Source: Paecilomyces variotii | Taxonomy: Eukaryota | Reading direction: 5' to 3' (one strand) | NCBI GenBank assembly: GCA_004022145.1 | Contig: RCNU01000016.1 | DNA length: 64,000 nucleotides | Shown here: positions 1-15,253 of the stretch, one piece after another | How the letters are laid out: the number at the start of each line of letters is the position of its first letter | Position numbering within the stretch: the stretch's first letter is position 1 | Made by a program: the position numbers and the translations under genes | Notes under the pieces: generated by a model | The model's database searches: none | What the model saw: only the letters and a program-made list of their open reading frames with translations | What the model was told of the DNA's origin: nothing

Positions 1-465
1 GTTCCACCAGACCAGAGCCGAAGTGCGCTCGTCGTCGCTGAACGGTCTGGTAGTCAATCCACTGGTAGGGACCGAACGTCTTGGTGGCGGGGTTGTAGGA
101 TCTCCAGCCTAGACAGTCATTCTTGGGATATCGGTTTGCTGGCCACAGTCAGTATTGAAACGAGCGCCCTATCTAGCCTTCGCGGCTTACCCGACGTTTC
201 AAAGACATCATGAGCGGTGCGGATCTAGTAAAAGAGCAATTAGCGAGGGTTTCCAATGATAGAGCAATGCGAATATATCTTGTGAGTAGCATACCTTTGG
301 ATCTAGCGTCTCAAGCAGCTCTTTCTGACAGTTCCACGCACGGTAAACCCTGCTTCGACCGGGCTTCTCGGTTCCAGGAAGGGCCACACTCTGGGGCGTG
401 CCCTTGGGAGGCTCCTGTCGCAGCTCCTCTGCGCGAGCAAGGTCAACGGGTTTGGAGAAAAACAT
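1..465 (-). CDS. Long-chain fatty acyl-CoA synthetase (AMP-binding family), 5' part only; gene runs off the left edge
   Basis: Exons 465-295, 224-191, 138-1 joined by GT..AG introns give MFFSKPVDLARAEELRQEPPKGTPQSVALPGTEKPGRSRVYRAWNCQKELLETLDPK|IRTAHDVFETS|ANRYPKNDCLGWRSYNPATKTFGPYQWIDYQTVQRRRAHFGSGLVE, typical of the N-terminus of Faa2/ACSL-type enzymes. Confidence 0.85.
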
Positions 466-994
466 TGTTCAAATCTATTATCTGGAAGACGAGAGAGATA
501 CTATGTTAGTTACCATTGACCACCTTGCGGAGAGGTTCAATATAGGAATATGACGTCCACATACCGTCGACTGCCCGTTGATAACCCAAACTAGACTCCT
601 TGAGTATGATATCGTCCCGGGGGAGGACGACAGTTTGGAACAAACACAAAAGGAGAGACCTCAAATCAGACCACCAGATGTGCCCGATAGAGAAAAGAGA
701 AAGACTCCAGAGTAGAAAATAATAATGAAGAAAAGAGATGCGCGGCCTCCGGACGGAGATAGAGCCACGGTGGACTAGAATGCTAGCTTAATTTAGATTA
801 TAAACCCCGAGTCTATAACCCGAAGGATATGCGGAGAAGAGAGAGAGAGGAGAGAAAGAGAGCTCCCTACTTACTTCACATGTGTAATCCTCTCTCTCTC
901 TCTCTTTTCTCGGAAGGGCGAACAGCGGCGTGCCCGGAGAATCGCACGTAGTGGCTGCGCGAAGGGGACTGAATTCCAGATAGCCCTCATTTTA

Positions 995-1908
995 CCTCGG
1001 TAGCTACTGGATCTGGTTTAGACTTCCATGTGGATAGAGGATGTGTCGCCTTCGCAGCGCCTTGATTCCGCTTGTCTGGACGAGTCGGATGCAGGGACCG
1101 CTTCCCAGAGATCTCGGCGCAAGCGAACGCATTTCGGGAACCCCGTTGCCTGGACCCTCGGGGCTAGACGAATGAAGGAATGTTGTTCGTCAACGGAGAT
1201 CGGGTCGTTTTGTTTTAGCCCGCATCCACTCCTGATCCTAAACCGGTCCCCGTGTATGAGCCTGAGCCACATTCTGGATGTTTTTCCCAGAATCCCCAAG
1301 TCTCCGCGGCCAAGACGGGTATTAGGTTGCCGGCGCGGGAGGAAGAAAGAAAAAGGGGAGACAGGTGAGAGAGAAGAAAAGAAGAATATCAACGCCGTTA
1401 AGGTGCTTATCTCGGAACAATCCAAGCATTCGGACTAGAACAATATCCAGATTCCAGGAATAATAGTTGCATCTTCAGATAAACTCCGTGTATATTAGAC
1501 GGGATAACGAAGAAACTAGCGACGTTCCCAGTTTCCCGGAGCGCCCGATGGAGCATCTTCGCGTATGCATCTGCATTATTATTGTGTTGTGCCGGGATGC
1601 ATACTTATCGCGTCGCATCGTGCCAGCCTGTCAGGTTTCCTGTCGGGGCTACCGGACGAACGAGCGTTTGATGCAGCTGATGAAGGTTGGGACTATCTAA
1701 CAGTTAGAGTAATCGACAGTCGAACTAGACTGGTTAGTGAGTTATGTTATTCCATCTGATGCGGGGTGAAGTCAGCAGTCAGCCACCACCTCCTCTCCTA
1801 GGAATAGATCGATTTAATTTGCAGACCAGTTAGAAGAAGAGTATCGCACCGATCGATGGCAGGCAAGAAGTAGGTTCAAACTCTAGGAAGCACAAGTTGG
1901 GACCTCGG
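995..1908. promoter_or_regulatory. Three CCTCGG (CCGAGG) FarA/FarB-type fatty-acid response cores upstream of the acyl-CoA synthetase
   Basis: CCTCGG at 995-1000, 1156-1161 and 1903-1908. CCGAGG is the established FarA/FarB core in Aspergillus fatty-acid utilisation genes. The motif is short, so chance occurrence is possible. Confidence 0.5.
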
Positions 1909-2687
1909 TAACTAGCCTGTGACGCGATTGGGATAAAGTACTTGTTCGTTGATCCTGACGGGTAGAGGAGAGAGAGAGAGTACTTAATACTGGTAGAAAG
2001 TCAAGTTAATACTCATGTTTTGTTCGTAAGGTGCACCGTTTATTTTACCACTCTGGTACCTGCAATTGGATTCAGTATATGTGGATTCATCAGTGATTTA
2101 TTATCCATTGATTTCTCCAAGAATAATAATAATGATAATAAATACCCGCCCGTTCAACTTTCCTGAAGTCCAACAAAGACACTCGACAAGCACGTGAGAC
2201 GGCCAACAGCCGAAAGGAATTCATGTGGATGTAACAGTCGACAATCGAGTTGTTTCATTCATTTATTTCATCGATTCCACAGTTCTAGATCCTAATGAAA
2301 CACACAGAGCCCACTCTGTACTACCCTGAAGACCATATTGAAATATACAAGACATAATTTATGTTCGCATCATATCCGTAGTATCATTTTTCATAATATG
2401 AGTATTAAGCTAATAATAAAACCAGCCAACATAAAACATCTCCTCATTACTCCGAACAACATATACCGGAGCGGGGTACCATCCATCCATTGCAATACGA
2501 AAAAAAAAAAAATAAATAAATAAACCATGAAGAAAACACACCCGACACAAACATGCTATTCGAGCAAGGACACCGTAATATGCACGGAGAATATCAATGT
2601 CACAAATCATGCAAGGTATTGACGATATACAGATGAATAGTTAGAAGGCGGTCTTCATGCTATGCTGTTGCGACCTGAGAGAGGAGA

Positions 2688-2713
2688 AAGAAGAAGAAGA
2701 AGAAGAAGAAGAA
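2688..2713. repeat. (AAG)n microsatellite just downstream of the permease stop
   Basis: aagaagaagaagaagaagaagaag read directly. Confidence 0.9.
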
Positions 2714-2737
2714 GGATAGTTGCTAGCTAGCAGTCAA

Positions 2738-4513
2738 CTAACCGCTCACCCAGGCCCAGAACTTCCCCCAGCGCGTCGTCGGCGCCTGTGTCTCCCACAC
2801 GACGTCGAACTCGGTACGGCCCGTGTCGATATCTGCTTCTTCCGGCTTGACAAAGGCCGGGCGGTAGATGATCTTGTGTCCGAGGTACAGCACCACGAAC
2901 AGGATCAGACTGATGTACGCGACGAAAAAATCGGACACGCTGAAGGTGGGAATCCACGCGGTGAAACCCTGAGTGAGGATAATGAGGATGTTGAAAAACA
3001 GGCCGTACCAGGCGAAGAACGGCTGCCACATCGCCTTGTACGGGAGCAGGTCGCGGGAGATATTCCGCGCCTTCAGAGCACGCATAAAGGCTAGATGGCA
3101 GGCGTTCAGCGATGCCCAGGTGATGAAACCGGCCACACCGGAGATGTTCAGGAGCCAGTTGAAGACGGTACCACCGCCGTTCGACAGGTTCAGGAAACCC
3201 AGCAGACCGAATGCGGCGGTGACGCCGACTCCGTAGTAAGGCACACCGCCCTTGGACGTCCATTTGAGGATGCGCGGCGCAAATCCTTCCTGTGCGAGAC
3301 CGATGAGGATACGGCTGCCACTGTAGACGTTCGAGTTGGCCGCAGACAGCACGACCGTCAGCAAGACGGCGTTGATCAGACCAGGCAGCACCTTGACACC
3401 GGCGAGTTTGGCGGCAATGACAAACGGAGACGCAGACGCATCCGACGCATCGGAGAGCAGGTTAGGGTCGGTGTACGGCACCAGCAGACCGATGAAGAAG
3501 ATGGTCAACACGAAGAAGAACAGGATACGGTAGAAAGTCTTGCGGATGGCTGAGGGCACTGTCTTGCGAGGGTTCTCCGTCTCTCCTGCTGCGATACCGA
3601 CCAGCTCGGTACCCTGATACGAGAATCCTGCCTGGATAAGCACGGCCCAGAATCCAACAAACTTGGCCTTGGACTCGCTCGACGTGATCAGATGCGGGGC
3701 GAACGCGCCGGGGTTTCCCCAGGTGTGGAATCCAAGATATCCATGCTGACCAGCGCCAGCATCAATACAAATGGCGAAGATCATGAATCCAATGACCGTC
3801 AGCACCTTGATACTGGAGAACCAGAACTCCAGCTCTCCGTAGAAGTTCACCGGCAGGAAGTTGAGCACGGTGATGAAGACCCAGAAGATGGCGATGAAGA
3901 TACCGATGGAGAGCTCCCGGTCCCAATACTGGATGATCAGACCCGTCGCCGTCAACTCGAGCGCAAAGGTAATAGCCCATGAAAACCAGTAGATCCAGCC
4001 CATGGCGAAACCCAGACTGGGATCGATCAGACGAGTGGCATAGGACGTGAACGCTCCGGGAATGGGGATATAAGTCGCCATCTCTCCCAGAGACGTCATG
4101 ACGGAATAGACAATACTACCGACGAAGATGTATGCGATGAGCGCTCCGGCCGGCCCTGAATTGGCGATGGCAGTACCGCTACCGATGAAGAGACCCGTTC
4201 CAATCGTTCCACCTGAGCATCATCAGAGTAAGCGCGCGACCTCTTCAGTCAATATAACACTGCCAATAATGACAAGCTTGGACCAACCTATCGCGATCAT
4301 CTGCAGATGTCTGCTCTTGAGCTTGCGCTTGAGATCGGGCAAGGGATTCGACTCGCGGCCAGCGCCATGCTTCTCGATATCTGCGTCATCGTTGGATCGC
4401 TGTCCTGAATGCACCGAATACTCCTTGACTGGGAACTCCAGGCTCTTCTCCTCATCCGCCTTGCTGCCCTCCGCCGTCTTAGGCACACGAGTCACCTCAT
4501 CCTCCGAAGCCAT
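2738..4513 (-). CDS. Amino-acid permease, YAT/APC family (Can1/Lyp1/Dip5-like)
   Basis: Exons 4513-4288 and 4212-2738. Motifs LKRKLKSRHLQMIAIG|GTIGTG, YGELEFWFSSIK, FSYQGTELVGIAAGETENPRK; many hydrophobic segments. Confidence 0.95.
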
Positions 4514-5991
4514 GCCTGCCTACCTGCCTAGTCGATGCAGGGTACTAGTATAAGTGGTATTGCACTCGCGAAAAATCGTGGCTCTATCCCAGACGAGACA
4601 GAAGACAAGACAAGACAAGACAGAACAGACCACGCGCCAAGCAGAGACTCCCTCTCCCCTCTCGTCTCGTCACGTCTCTACTTTTCTCTGGTATCTAGGT
4701 AGTGTGTGGGGAGCCAACCACGGGTCTGATCGAGCCAAGTCGTTCGTTACCGAATGTGCTCAAACCCCCATACCGGCGCCAGTCTAGTCAGGACTCTGTT
4801 ATGTAAAAGAAAGTCGAGAGGGAAGAAAGACGAAGACGAAAACGAAAGAAAAAAACGAACACTCTCCCTGTGCACCTGGGGAATTGGCCGACATATAACT
4901 AATTCACTGCACCCAGTCGGCCAGGGATCCAAGTCCAAGTCTGTCATCCATGGATAAACGCGGCAAGACGCGGTGCGAGCGGGAATTTTCTTCTCATTAT
5001 TATTCTCTCGACAATTAGCAGAGAGGCAAACGGGGAAGGTAAAGACGATTATGTGGGTCGTGGAACAGAAAAAAAAGTGATGATCTCGGCAGGCCGAGAA
5101 GGCTGTTTCTGTGCAGTATTTCGGAGCGGTGGCGAATCCTTTTTCTCTGTTTTTTTCCCTTGTTGTTCGGGTGAAGCCGACTAACGTACTTAGCTAGTTC
5201 ACTCACTCACTAGTTATTATTATTAACTAATTAATTACTTAAATGTCTGGTCTGTGTCACTGGGGCTGATTGATAATGACACATTCATGTCTGTCAGGAT
5301 TTCCACAGAAAACGTGGTGGCTATTATTATTATTTGCTTCCCCCGCGTAGCACAGCCAGATAGATGAGTTCAAAGTACGTAGTTACTGTAACGTTGCAAT
5401 AATGAAAATCTCATATGTACTACGTAGTCAATTCTAATCCCCTAGGACCAGAACTGCCTAGTTGAAATATCATTAATGCAACGGCACCAGCCGAATGTTC
5501 CGAGTAAGTATAGAACCACAGGAAAAAAAAGCTCATCGAATCAGCGTGGGTTGTCATAACTCTACTTTACTACTGTATTTATATCCAGGAACATGATGAT
5601 CATTGTCTACGCGAATATACACCAACGTCACTAGACAAGGATAAACTCTCTTGATGAAGGACAATTGGATATTTTCGATGCGAAGTTTGTGTGGAATTGA
5701 ATCGGTACCGGTAATTAAGCTGACGGACGACTTTGAGAGAGCCATGGGACGAAGGTCCAAGCGCCAGGGCATATTCCAGAAGACAGTAAGTAACTACTTA
5801 ACAGTAATGCAAAATAACTATCAAGCTTAGCTGACAAATCCGATGAGCTGGAGATTCAAACAGACATGATGAAAAAAGGAAAATAAAAATAAAAGGAAAA
5901 GAAAAAAAAATCAATTGCATCATCAGGGGTAGTTACATATCTGCATGACCGAAAAGAAGCATAACTAACTATGGTATACTCAAAATGAACC

Positions 5992-6637
5992 TCAAACACC
6001 CGCATGAGGCGCCATCTGCACTTCCGGAACAGTTTCCTTATTCTGGCTACTTCGACCACCGATCAGATTGAAGATGGCAAAGCCAGCACTTACGGCAAAC
6101 AGGACCCTACCACGCATGAGCAATTGCTATCTCGCAGAAGAATGAATCACCACTGATATGGATAGGAGGCACACTCACCACTCAAAGGCCCCAAACACCG
6201 TCGCGGCCTGCGAGGATCTACACGGCGAACTGTGACATGCTTCCGGCGGGGGCAGCAGCGCCGCCAGGGCGATAAAGGCTGCAAACCAGAAAATCATCGT
6301 GACGGCCTCCATGCCCACGATGGCGAAGCGATGTGCGATCTGCGGTACGTATACCGGCGACAGAGCGAGGTATGGCGTCGCGACCAACAGCGTCCACACG
6401 GACGTGAAGAGCATGAAGTTGAGTACGTCGGAGCTGAATCCATAGTCTTCGTCGTCGAAGACACTGATTACTGTTCCATGTTAGCATGCTATTCCCCCAG
6501 GGAGAATGGGACCTAGCTATCGATATCGACGTACCATATGCAATCAAGCCTAGGACGATGATAGCAAAGATAGCCTGGACAGCGCGCGCTGGGAGCACCC
6601 AGGGGACCTGCCTCCAAGCAATCGCCATGGCTGTCAT
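5992..6637 (-). CDS. MARVEL (membrane-associating) domain protein
   Basis: Three exons (~6637/6628-6534, 6470-6179, ~6106-5992): RAVQAIFAIIVLGLIAY..LNFMLFTSVWTLL..MEAVTMIFWFAAFIALA..C....C...QAATVFGAFEW|VLFAVS. Four TM helices in the fungal MARVEL pattern. Confidence 0.85.
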
Positions 6638-7745
6638 CAAGTTGCAGGGTCGTCCAGCGATCAAGATCTGAAGTACTCTTCAGAAGAGGGACAACAAATG
6701 GAGCTCCAACGCGAATTCGAAGCGAATCGATGCGCAATCCTCTCGATCAGAGAGCTATGTCCGCTGCTGGAATCGAGCAATAGCGCATCGCACTGGTAGG
6801 AAATCCGTGACGAAAGACGTAGAAAATGCGAGGGGGTCACTGGAATTAGCGGTCACGTTGGGCTCACAATCCTGTCCGATGGCACACGCTGGTCATGGCG
6901 ATAATGACGGCCATGGCCTTGGTTGTTGCCTTGGTTCTTGATGCTGATCCCGCCCGATCATCCTGTTATGGCGCTGTGTCAGTGTCGTGTCAAATGAGGG
7001 GTCATGGACTTGAGACGCTCTGACGTGGAGGGCGGCTTGGTCACTCTTGCTAGCATTCCTCGCATTCAATCATTCATTCGTTCGTTCGATCGATTGTCGC
7101 ATGCAGTGGCACAAGCGATAGTCCTTCATTGAGCTTCAGTTCAGAACAGTTGTCTGATGACCGCGAATTATTGTGGCTTGGCTTGGCTTGGCCACTACAG
7201 TTAGTTATCAGCGGGGGATCCTCGTGGGATATTCTATTTAGCCCGTAGTTTATTTTGAGGGGTCCGTTCTTTCAGTATACAGAGGTCTTTGCTTTGCTCT
7301 ATGATGCATAATTTTCGTATTCCAAGTGATGCCACACTCCAAGTTTGAGGTGATTTAAATTAAAACGTCAACGAAGAGAGAGCCTCGTTCATGCGCCGTT
7401 GAGTGTTTTAGGTCGACATATCTACAATACCGATCAATGCGCGTATGGACGGGACCATTGCTGTAATTAACTAGAGGATAGGGCTGAAACAACAGACATC
7501 GATCATGCTGGGCGCTACAGTTAAACAAATGCTGTGAAATTCCCTCTGGACTATTTTGAGAAATTAGGCAGGTCTTCGCTCTCGATAATAGTCGTATCTG
7601 AATCATGTCATGTCATTGAAATCTCGCTATATAGTGGTAATCTTAAACGCCAGCAAACACAAAAAACAATCAAGTCCGGTTCCAATCTCTCTATCGTATC
7701 ATATCCGTATCTGTCCCATTCTAGCCACACAGGGCCCATCGTCGA

Positions 7746-8685
7746 TCAATAACCAGCTAATCTGGTATCGCCCGTCGGCATGCTGAGAAACCAGCGCGAA
7801 AGCAGCGCCAAGACATCTTCATCTTCCTGTCGAAGATCGTAGAGTGGGCTCTTCTGGATAATCAACTGGAGCCCCGTCCAGTGGGCATGAAGGATTCGGA
7901 TATGCCGTGGTCCCATCATGGAAAACATGAGGACCTACATGTAGGTTCCGCATCAGCTACACACGAACCCAGCAGGACATTTATGATGACTTGTCGGGGG
8001 AGGGGAGAAAGGGTTATATTACCGGCTGAACCTCATGAGTATTAACGTTCCTCCTCCTTATGATCCTCGACAACGCAATAACCTCCGAACGAAGCAGCGT
8101 CTCATCATCCCCGTCGAAATCGGAAATCAACGCACATTTCGTCTGCGGCCTGGGAGCACTTTCTGGTCCCGCAAAGACATAAACCGCCTCCACGTACCAG
8201 TGAGGTCGAATCACCGTGTCGTATTCCCAGAGATTACGGTACTTCATGTCCGACACCTTGCGCCAGCCCAGGTCGTAGAAGATGTTGAATTTGACATCGG
8301 GCCGTCGCGATCCACATTCGGGGAGGTATTTGCGCAGGTAATACCACAGTGAGCGCGCGTGTTCGCCTGGGGTCTCTTTGGGGTCTGGGTAGTATTTAGG
8401 GAAGAGGGAATCGAACACCCCTTCTCTAGGTGGAGTTAGGAGTTCGAAGGGATAAGGATAGAAGTAACATGGCTCCCACTCTGGTTTCGCGTTCTTGCCG
8501 ATGTTGGCAAAGGAGACGGACTTCACCCAGACGTTGAGGTTGCGAAGCTCATCGATCGTGAACCTGTCTTGTCCCTTGGGGAGTCCGGCCTCGACTTCGC
8601 GGAGGACCGTATTGCGTTGCTCCAGGGGCCCCGTCGAGACGGTGTTCGGGAATTTGGGGGAGAAGAGGTCGAATACTTGTGCCAT
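7746..8685 (-). CDS. Conserved hypothetical protein (two exons)
   Basis: Exon 8685-8023, intron GTAATA..CTGAT..TAG (8022-7935), exon 7934-7746 joining as VQP|VLMFSMMGPRHIRILHAHWTGLQLIIQKSPLYDL. About 283 aa, no domain recognised. Confidence 0.75.
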
Positions 8686-8969
8686 GGTTGCTCTAGTCCC
8701 AGGAGCTGTTGAGGCAGACAGGTCCTTGATATGGGATAGACTGGTGCTGAGGGAGAATACTGTTCTGGTGTCAGGCTGGCCAGAGATGTGTTGTCGCCTG
8801 CGTGTTGCAGTAGCTCCTCAGTCGGCGTGCAGGTACTAACTAATAATATCGCGATAGACTTGCAGATGCCCCTCCCGTTCGGTGTTTCTCTACGTCGTGG
8901 TCAAATTAAGCCTGGAGAGGTATGAAAACAATAATGTGGGAAGAGATGCATCGTCTATGATATGATCTG

Positions 8970-8995
8970 TATATATATATATATATATATATATA
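8970..8995. repeat. (TA)13 microsatellite
   Basis: Read directly. Confidence 0.95.
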
Positions 8996-9787
8996 GATAT
9001 AGACTCGCACCGGGAAGCAAGGTGAAGCGGTTGGGCTGATTCCTGTTGTTGTTCGCACTATTTGTGCCCAATGCAGACCAACTCGACATGCATGATAAGA
9101 GTCGGGGTAGACAGGGGGTTCTTTTTCTAGACTGGTCTGGAGCGTGTACGTGTTGCGATTCGGATGTATGAGATGTATTCCTGTAGTTCCTTTATCTAGA
9201 TCGACTCAATATATCGAAAGCGGGAAGGGAACAGTGAAAAGTAGCGTACTTATCTAACTAGTGTATTATTATTATTATTATCAAGTACTGCACCAGATCG
9301 TCTAGTTAGTGACTTAAGCTAATTTCTTCTTCTCTCTCCCAACATCGTCAACTCAGCTCCCCCAAGTAACCGGCGACGCATTGGCCCTTCAACGGTGATG
9401 GTGTCAGTTCGATCAGCGAGTTGTCGATGGGAAGTCCGTCTTCGGGCCTGCAATGATTGGAGAAAGCAAAAGAAAATGTATTATTACTTATTCAACAAAC
9501 TCAATCACGCCATCGAGCCCGACTTTGGTGACCCCCGCACTCCGGAACGGTGAGGGAAAAAATGCCCCTCATATATAATAATAATCACGTACGACCGCAA
9601 TTCTCTGAGATTTTCCTGTTTGTTGTCTGACGGTTTCTGCAGTATTATTACTCGGTTTGAACGTTGGACGGAAATAATATCCATCACGGAAGTAGACGGA
9701 AACATCAACAGACTCTAACTACTTCAACGAGTGATTTGTGCGGGGATTCCCTATTGAATCGATCGTCGCATCGCATCGCATCGAATC

Positions 9788-11516
<1,729 letters not shown>

Positions 11517-12438
11517 GTTAGAGTAGTTTTCGGAACTCAGATGGTGGTATTTTTTTTTTTTTTTTTGCTCAATTTCAATTGAAAGGAAGCATCTCGGGCT
11601 TAGGAGATGGTGGTGGTGATTCTGTTCTTGTTTATGCTTAATTGTTGAGTGATGATTGTCGTATAGAGATGTCTGAGCTCTCCATTCATGATACCATATT
11701 ATATGAGATCTCTTTTTATCCATTTTATTATATCGATGTCTTCTTCTGTGCCAAAATGGAAACGAAAATTATGCACATATCTGCCCCATTTATTTACTGA
11801 TATCAGTGCTATCTTTACTACGTGGAATCTACAATAGAGAAGAAGATCATATCGGACTCCGAATGTGATAATCATTGACGTTAACTTATGACTGATACTA
11901 AAGGTCCTCCCCCCGTTCACACAAAAAAGCCTTTTTTTTTGTCCCACTAAGAGAAGTAGACCGCCCGGAACCCATGAAAAATAAAAGAAACTGACTCCAA
12001 CGTGTCAATGTGAAAACTGAAAAGAAGATAGCCGCATGAAAACACCCGACCGAGACAGGCTGATGAGAACTAGCTTGTCGGGTCCAATCGTAACAGAAAA
12101 CGGAAAACCTCGATTAATAACCTCGCCCAAAACATGGAAGCGTCATGCATGCGACAGCCCATCGACTAATAAGAGATTCAGCGCCATGTGTCCCGATAGA
12201 CGATAAGACCATTAAGGCAGCTGAAAGAGCTCAACGGGAGGATATCGAATCGACAATTATGGTGAATTTTGTACATTGGAATCGGGAAAAAAAAGCAGTC
12301 CGTAGGAAAACAAGATCGGAAGGGGAATAACAAGAAGAAACAACGCTTTTCATTGAGACAGAGCTTTCAAGTCCCTTGAGAGATGAGGTATGGATGAGGA
12401 TGAGAAACGACCAGTATCGGTTCCAGCCCGATCCCTGC

Positions 12439-15253
12439 TTAGCTCTGGCCGGGGGGCGGCGGCTGGGCAGGGGAAGAACTGCCTTGAGCACCGCCCATCA
12501 TGAAGCCGGGAGGAAACATGGGAACACCGGGGAACGAGAAACCGAAACCAGGAACTGCCGGCGGCACTCCGACATTGGCGTTGGACACGTCTCGATCAGG
12601 ATGGCCGCCCGGACCACCCGGACCGCCGTGGCCATGGCTATCCATACCACGCTCCGGACGACGACCTCCGAAGCGGTCGTGCTGAGAGCGAGAAGATTGG
12701 GGACCACGCTGACCTCCCTTGTCAGTAGCCATACGTCGACTGATAGCTTTCGACGACACCCCGGCACCGATCTCGATATCGGGTTCCTCGACGACCATTC
12801 CGGACTCGATCTGTCTACCGCCCGTTCCACCGTATTCAGCGGTAAGCATCCACTTGCGATCGGCCTCCGTTAGTCTCTCGATCGGGATAACACTGACACC
12901 CGTCTGGTAGTCGCTGCAGTCACGTGGGCCGAACCCAACACCCCATCGTGTCTATTACCTCGTCAGTACATTTCTTCAATAAAAAATATTGTTAAATCAC
13001 GTACCCTGAGCTGCATGTCGCCGGACTTGTACTGCTCCATACCCTCGCGGGCATTCACAGCATCCTGACGGTTGATCATCTTGACGAAGGCATGGCGCTT
13101 GTCGACGTTGACAATGCAAGTCTGGACAACACCAAACTTGTTGAAAAGAGAGCGCAGGTGGGCCTCAGAAGAACTATGAAGATGTTAACAAAAGAGCAGG
13201 GTTGAGAGAAGTTTTGGGGGAAGAGCAACTTACGTGACACCACCAACGAAAAGGGTACGGCTGAGCACTGTTACAGAAAGTGTAAGTAACCGGATGTATA
13301 TCTGAGCATCGGCGAGAACGAACCTTTGATGTTACCCTGGCCTATCGAGTAATCCCACTCGACAAACTTGGGTCCAGGAGGGGGCAAAGTCGGGTCCTTA
13401 CGGGGAGGCGTGGGCGTACGGCGTCTTCGACCGGCAGGGCTGCGCTGGCGATAGTCATTGGGCCGACGGCGAGCGTCGCGGGGATCCCCGCCTCTACGAC
13501 CAGGGGAGTCTCCGTTGTACTCGCCATATACGGGGCTGTCGCGACGGCGCGGAGGAGAGACATCGCGGCGTCGATCCCAGCCGGGAGAGCGGGAGCGACG
13601 ACGATATCCGCCGGGCGGAGAGCGCATGTAGTCACGTTCCCTCTCGCGGTCCCGGTCCATGTCACGTGATGGCACGTCGGTGCGGGCGCCCCAGGCATTC
13701 ACGTTTTGGCCTGGCGGCTGCATATAACCCGGCATCTGGCCGGCGGCCATGTTGGCCATACCGGTGTTGGCGCTGTTGGACAGACTAAGGATTTGCAGTG
13801 CGGTCGCCCACTGCTCCTGCGGGATTCCCTGGGCCGCCAGGAGCTGGAGCAGCTGCACCTGCTGGAGCGCCTCTGGCGCGATGGCCGGTGCCGCGGGGGC
13901 CGCTGTGGCCTGGGGGAGCAGCGCTGCCAGCGGGTTCTGAGGAGCAGCTAACGGGTTGGGAGTCTGACTCTGAGAGACCAGGCCTTGGTTCTGAGCGACA
14001 TTACCCAGGGCCGCAAACGGCGTCGCTAGATTTCCTGCATAAGGGTTTACGGCAGCCTGCCCGTTCGGTGGTTGCGAAGCCTGGTCTACGGACGAGGTCA
14101 CCGGCGGCGCAGCTGCAGTCTGTGTACTTAATAGAGAATTACTCTGTGCCGGCACGCTCGGGGCGGTCGGGGCGGGGGTGCTCTGTTTCGCCATGTCTGC
14201 AAGAGCCTTCAGTATGCTCGAGGTATCCGGGGCAGGAGTCGAAGTAGCAACGCCGTTCTGCTGCTGCTGCTGCTGCTGGGGGGCGCCAAAGGGGATATGG
14301 CCTGGTGCGGGGGAGCCATCGGGGGTGGTAGATTCAACGTCTAGAACAGAAGCAGAAATAGTATTAGAATCACGTTGTCCAACACAAGCTTGACCGCCGA
14401 CGGTATTTAATACTGGTCGGACAGAGATACAGATCAGTAAGTTTGAGGGGAGCTTACTGTGAGACGGGGGAGCGTTTAATTTCTCTTTGAACGAAGCAAG
14501 CATCGGTGCAGGGAAGGTGTAGCCACGCTCCCAGATATCCACCAGCTTCTTGATTTTTTCCTAAACACGACAGCACATGATACGTAAGTTGGACTATTCG
14601 GTCACAGATAGCGGAAGAAGCGCCTGGACGGCAACAAGACACGTCTAAGTGGGAAGTATAAGGGACCAGCAGCGGGAAATACGGAGATCCGATCTTATAG
14701 GTGATTAACGGGGCTCTACGAGCCAACCGCATCTCATCGGCCGCTATTGCCCGCAACGGTCTCTGGTATTCTTGATGATTATCTTTGTGGTCTTTTCTAG
14801 AGCGTACCTTTTGATCTTCAGGAGCATTGTTTATGATATCTGTCATCAGAACGGGTAACAGTTCGGTCACTCTGTTAACGCCAGCGGCGAAGGTTCCATC
14901 GGGAGCTGCACTACCGGAGGGCTGGCCCGCCTTGCGCGCTGCTTCTACCCACTGTCGAGTTACGGAGTCTACGACATAGAGTACGCCCAACTTGTGTGTT
15001 CCCGGTGCCCTCTTGAAGTGCGTGTAGATCTTCTGGATGAGAACAGACTCGGACTGCGAACAAGGATGAAGTTAGCATGGGTGTCCCGTCAACACATCAT
15101 AAGACGGCAGAGATAAAATTGATAGGCACATACCTGAACGTTGGCTGTACAGAGCGAAGTGATGCTGTTGATCTTGGATCCTGATACACCTGGGGGTTTA
15201 AGAGCAAGCATGGACTGGAGATAGCCATCCAGCTCTGCTACGGCAGAAGACAT
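12439..15253 (-). CDS. nrd1: Nrd1/Seb1-like RNA-binding protein (CTD-interacting domain + RS-rich region + RRM)
   Basis: N-terminus MSSAVAELDGYLQSMLALKPPGVSGSKINSIT, LGVLYVVDSVTR (CID), R/S/D-rich segment, RRM SRTLFVGGV..FNKFGVVQTCIVNVDKRHAFVKM..RWGVGFGPRDCSDY. Multiple GT-AG introns. Confidence 0.93.

Noticed and set aside
1018-1438. Overlapping 135/136-aa ORFs upstream of the acyl-CoA synthetase
   Set aside because: Low-complexity promoter sequence with no recognisable domain or codon bias.
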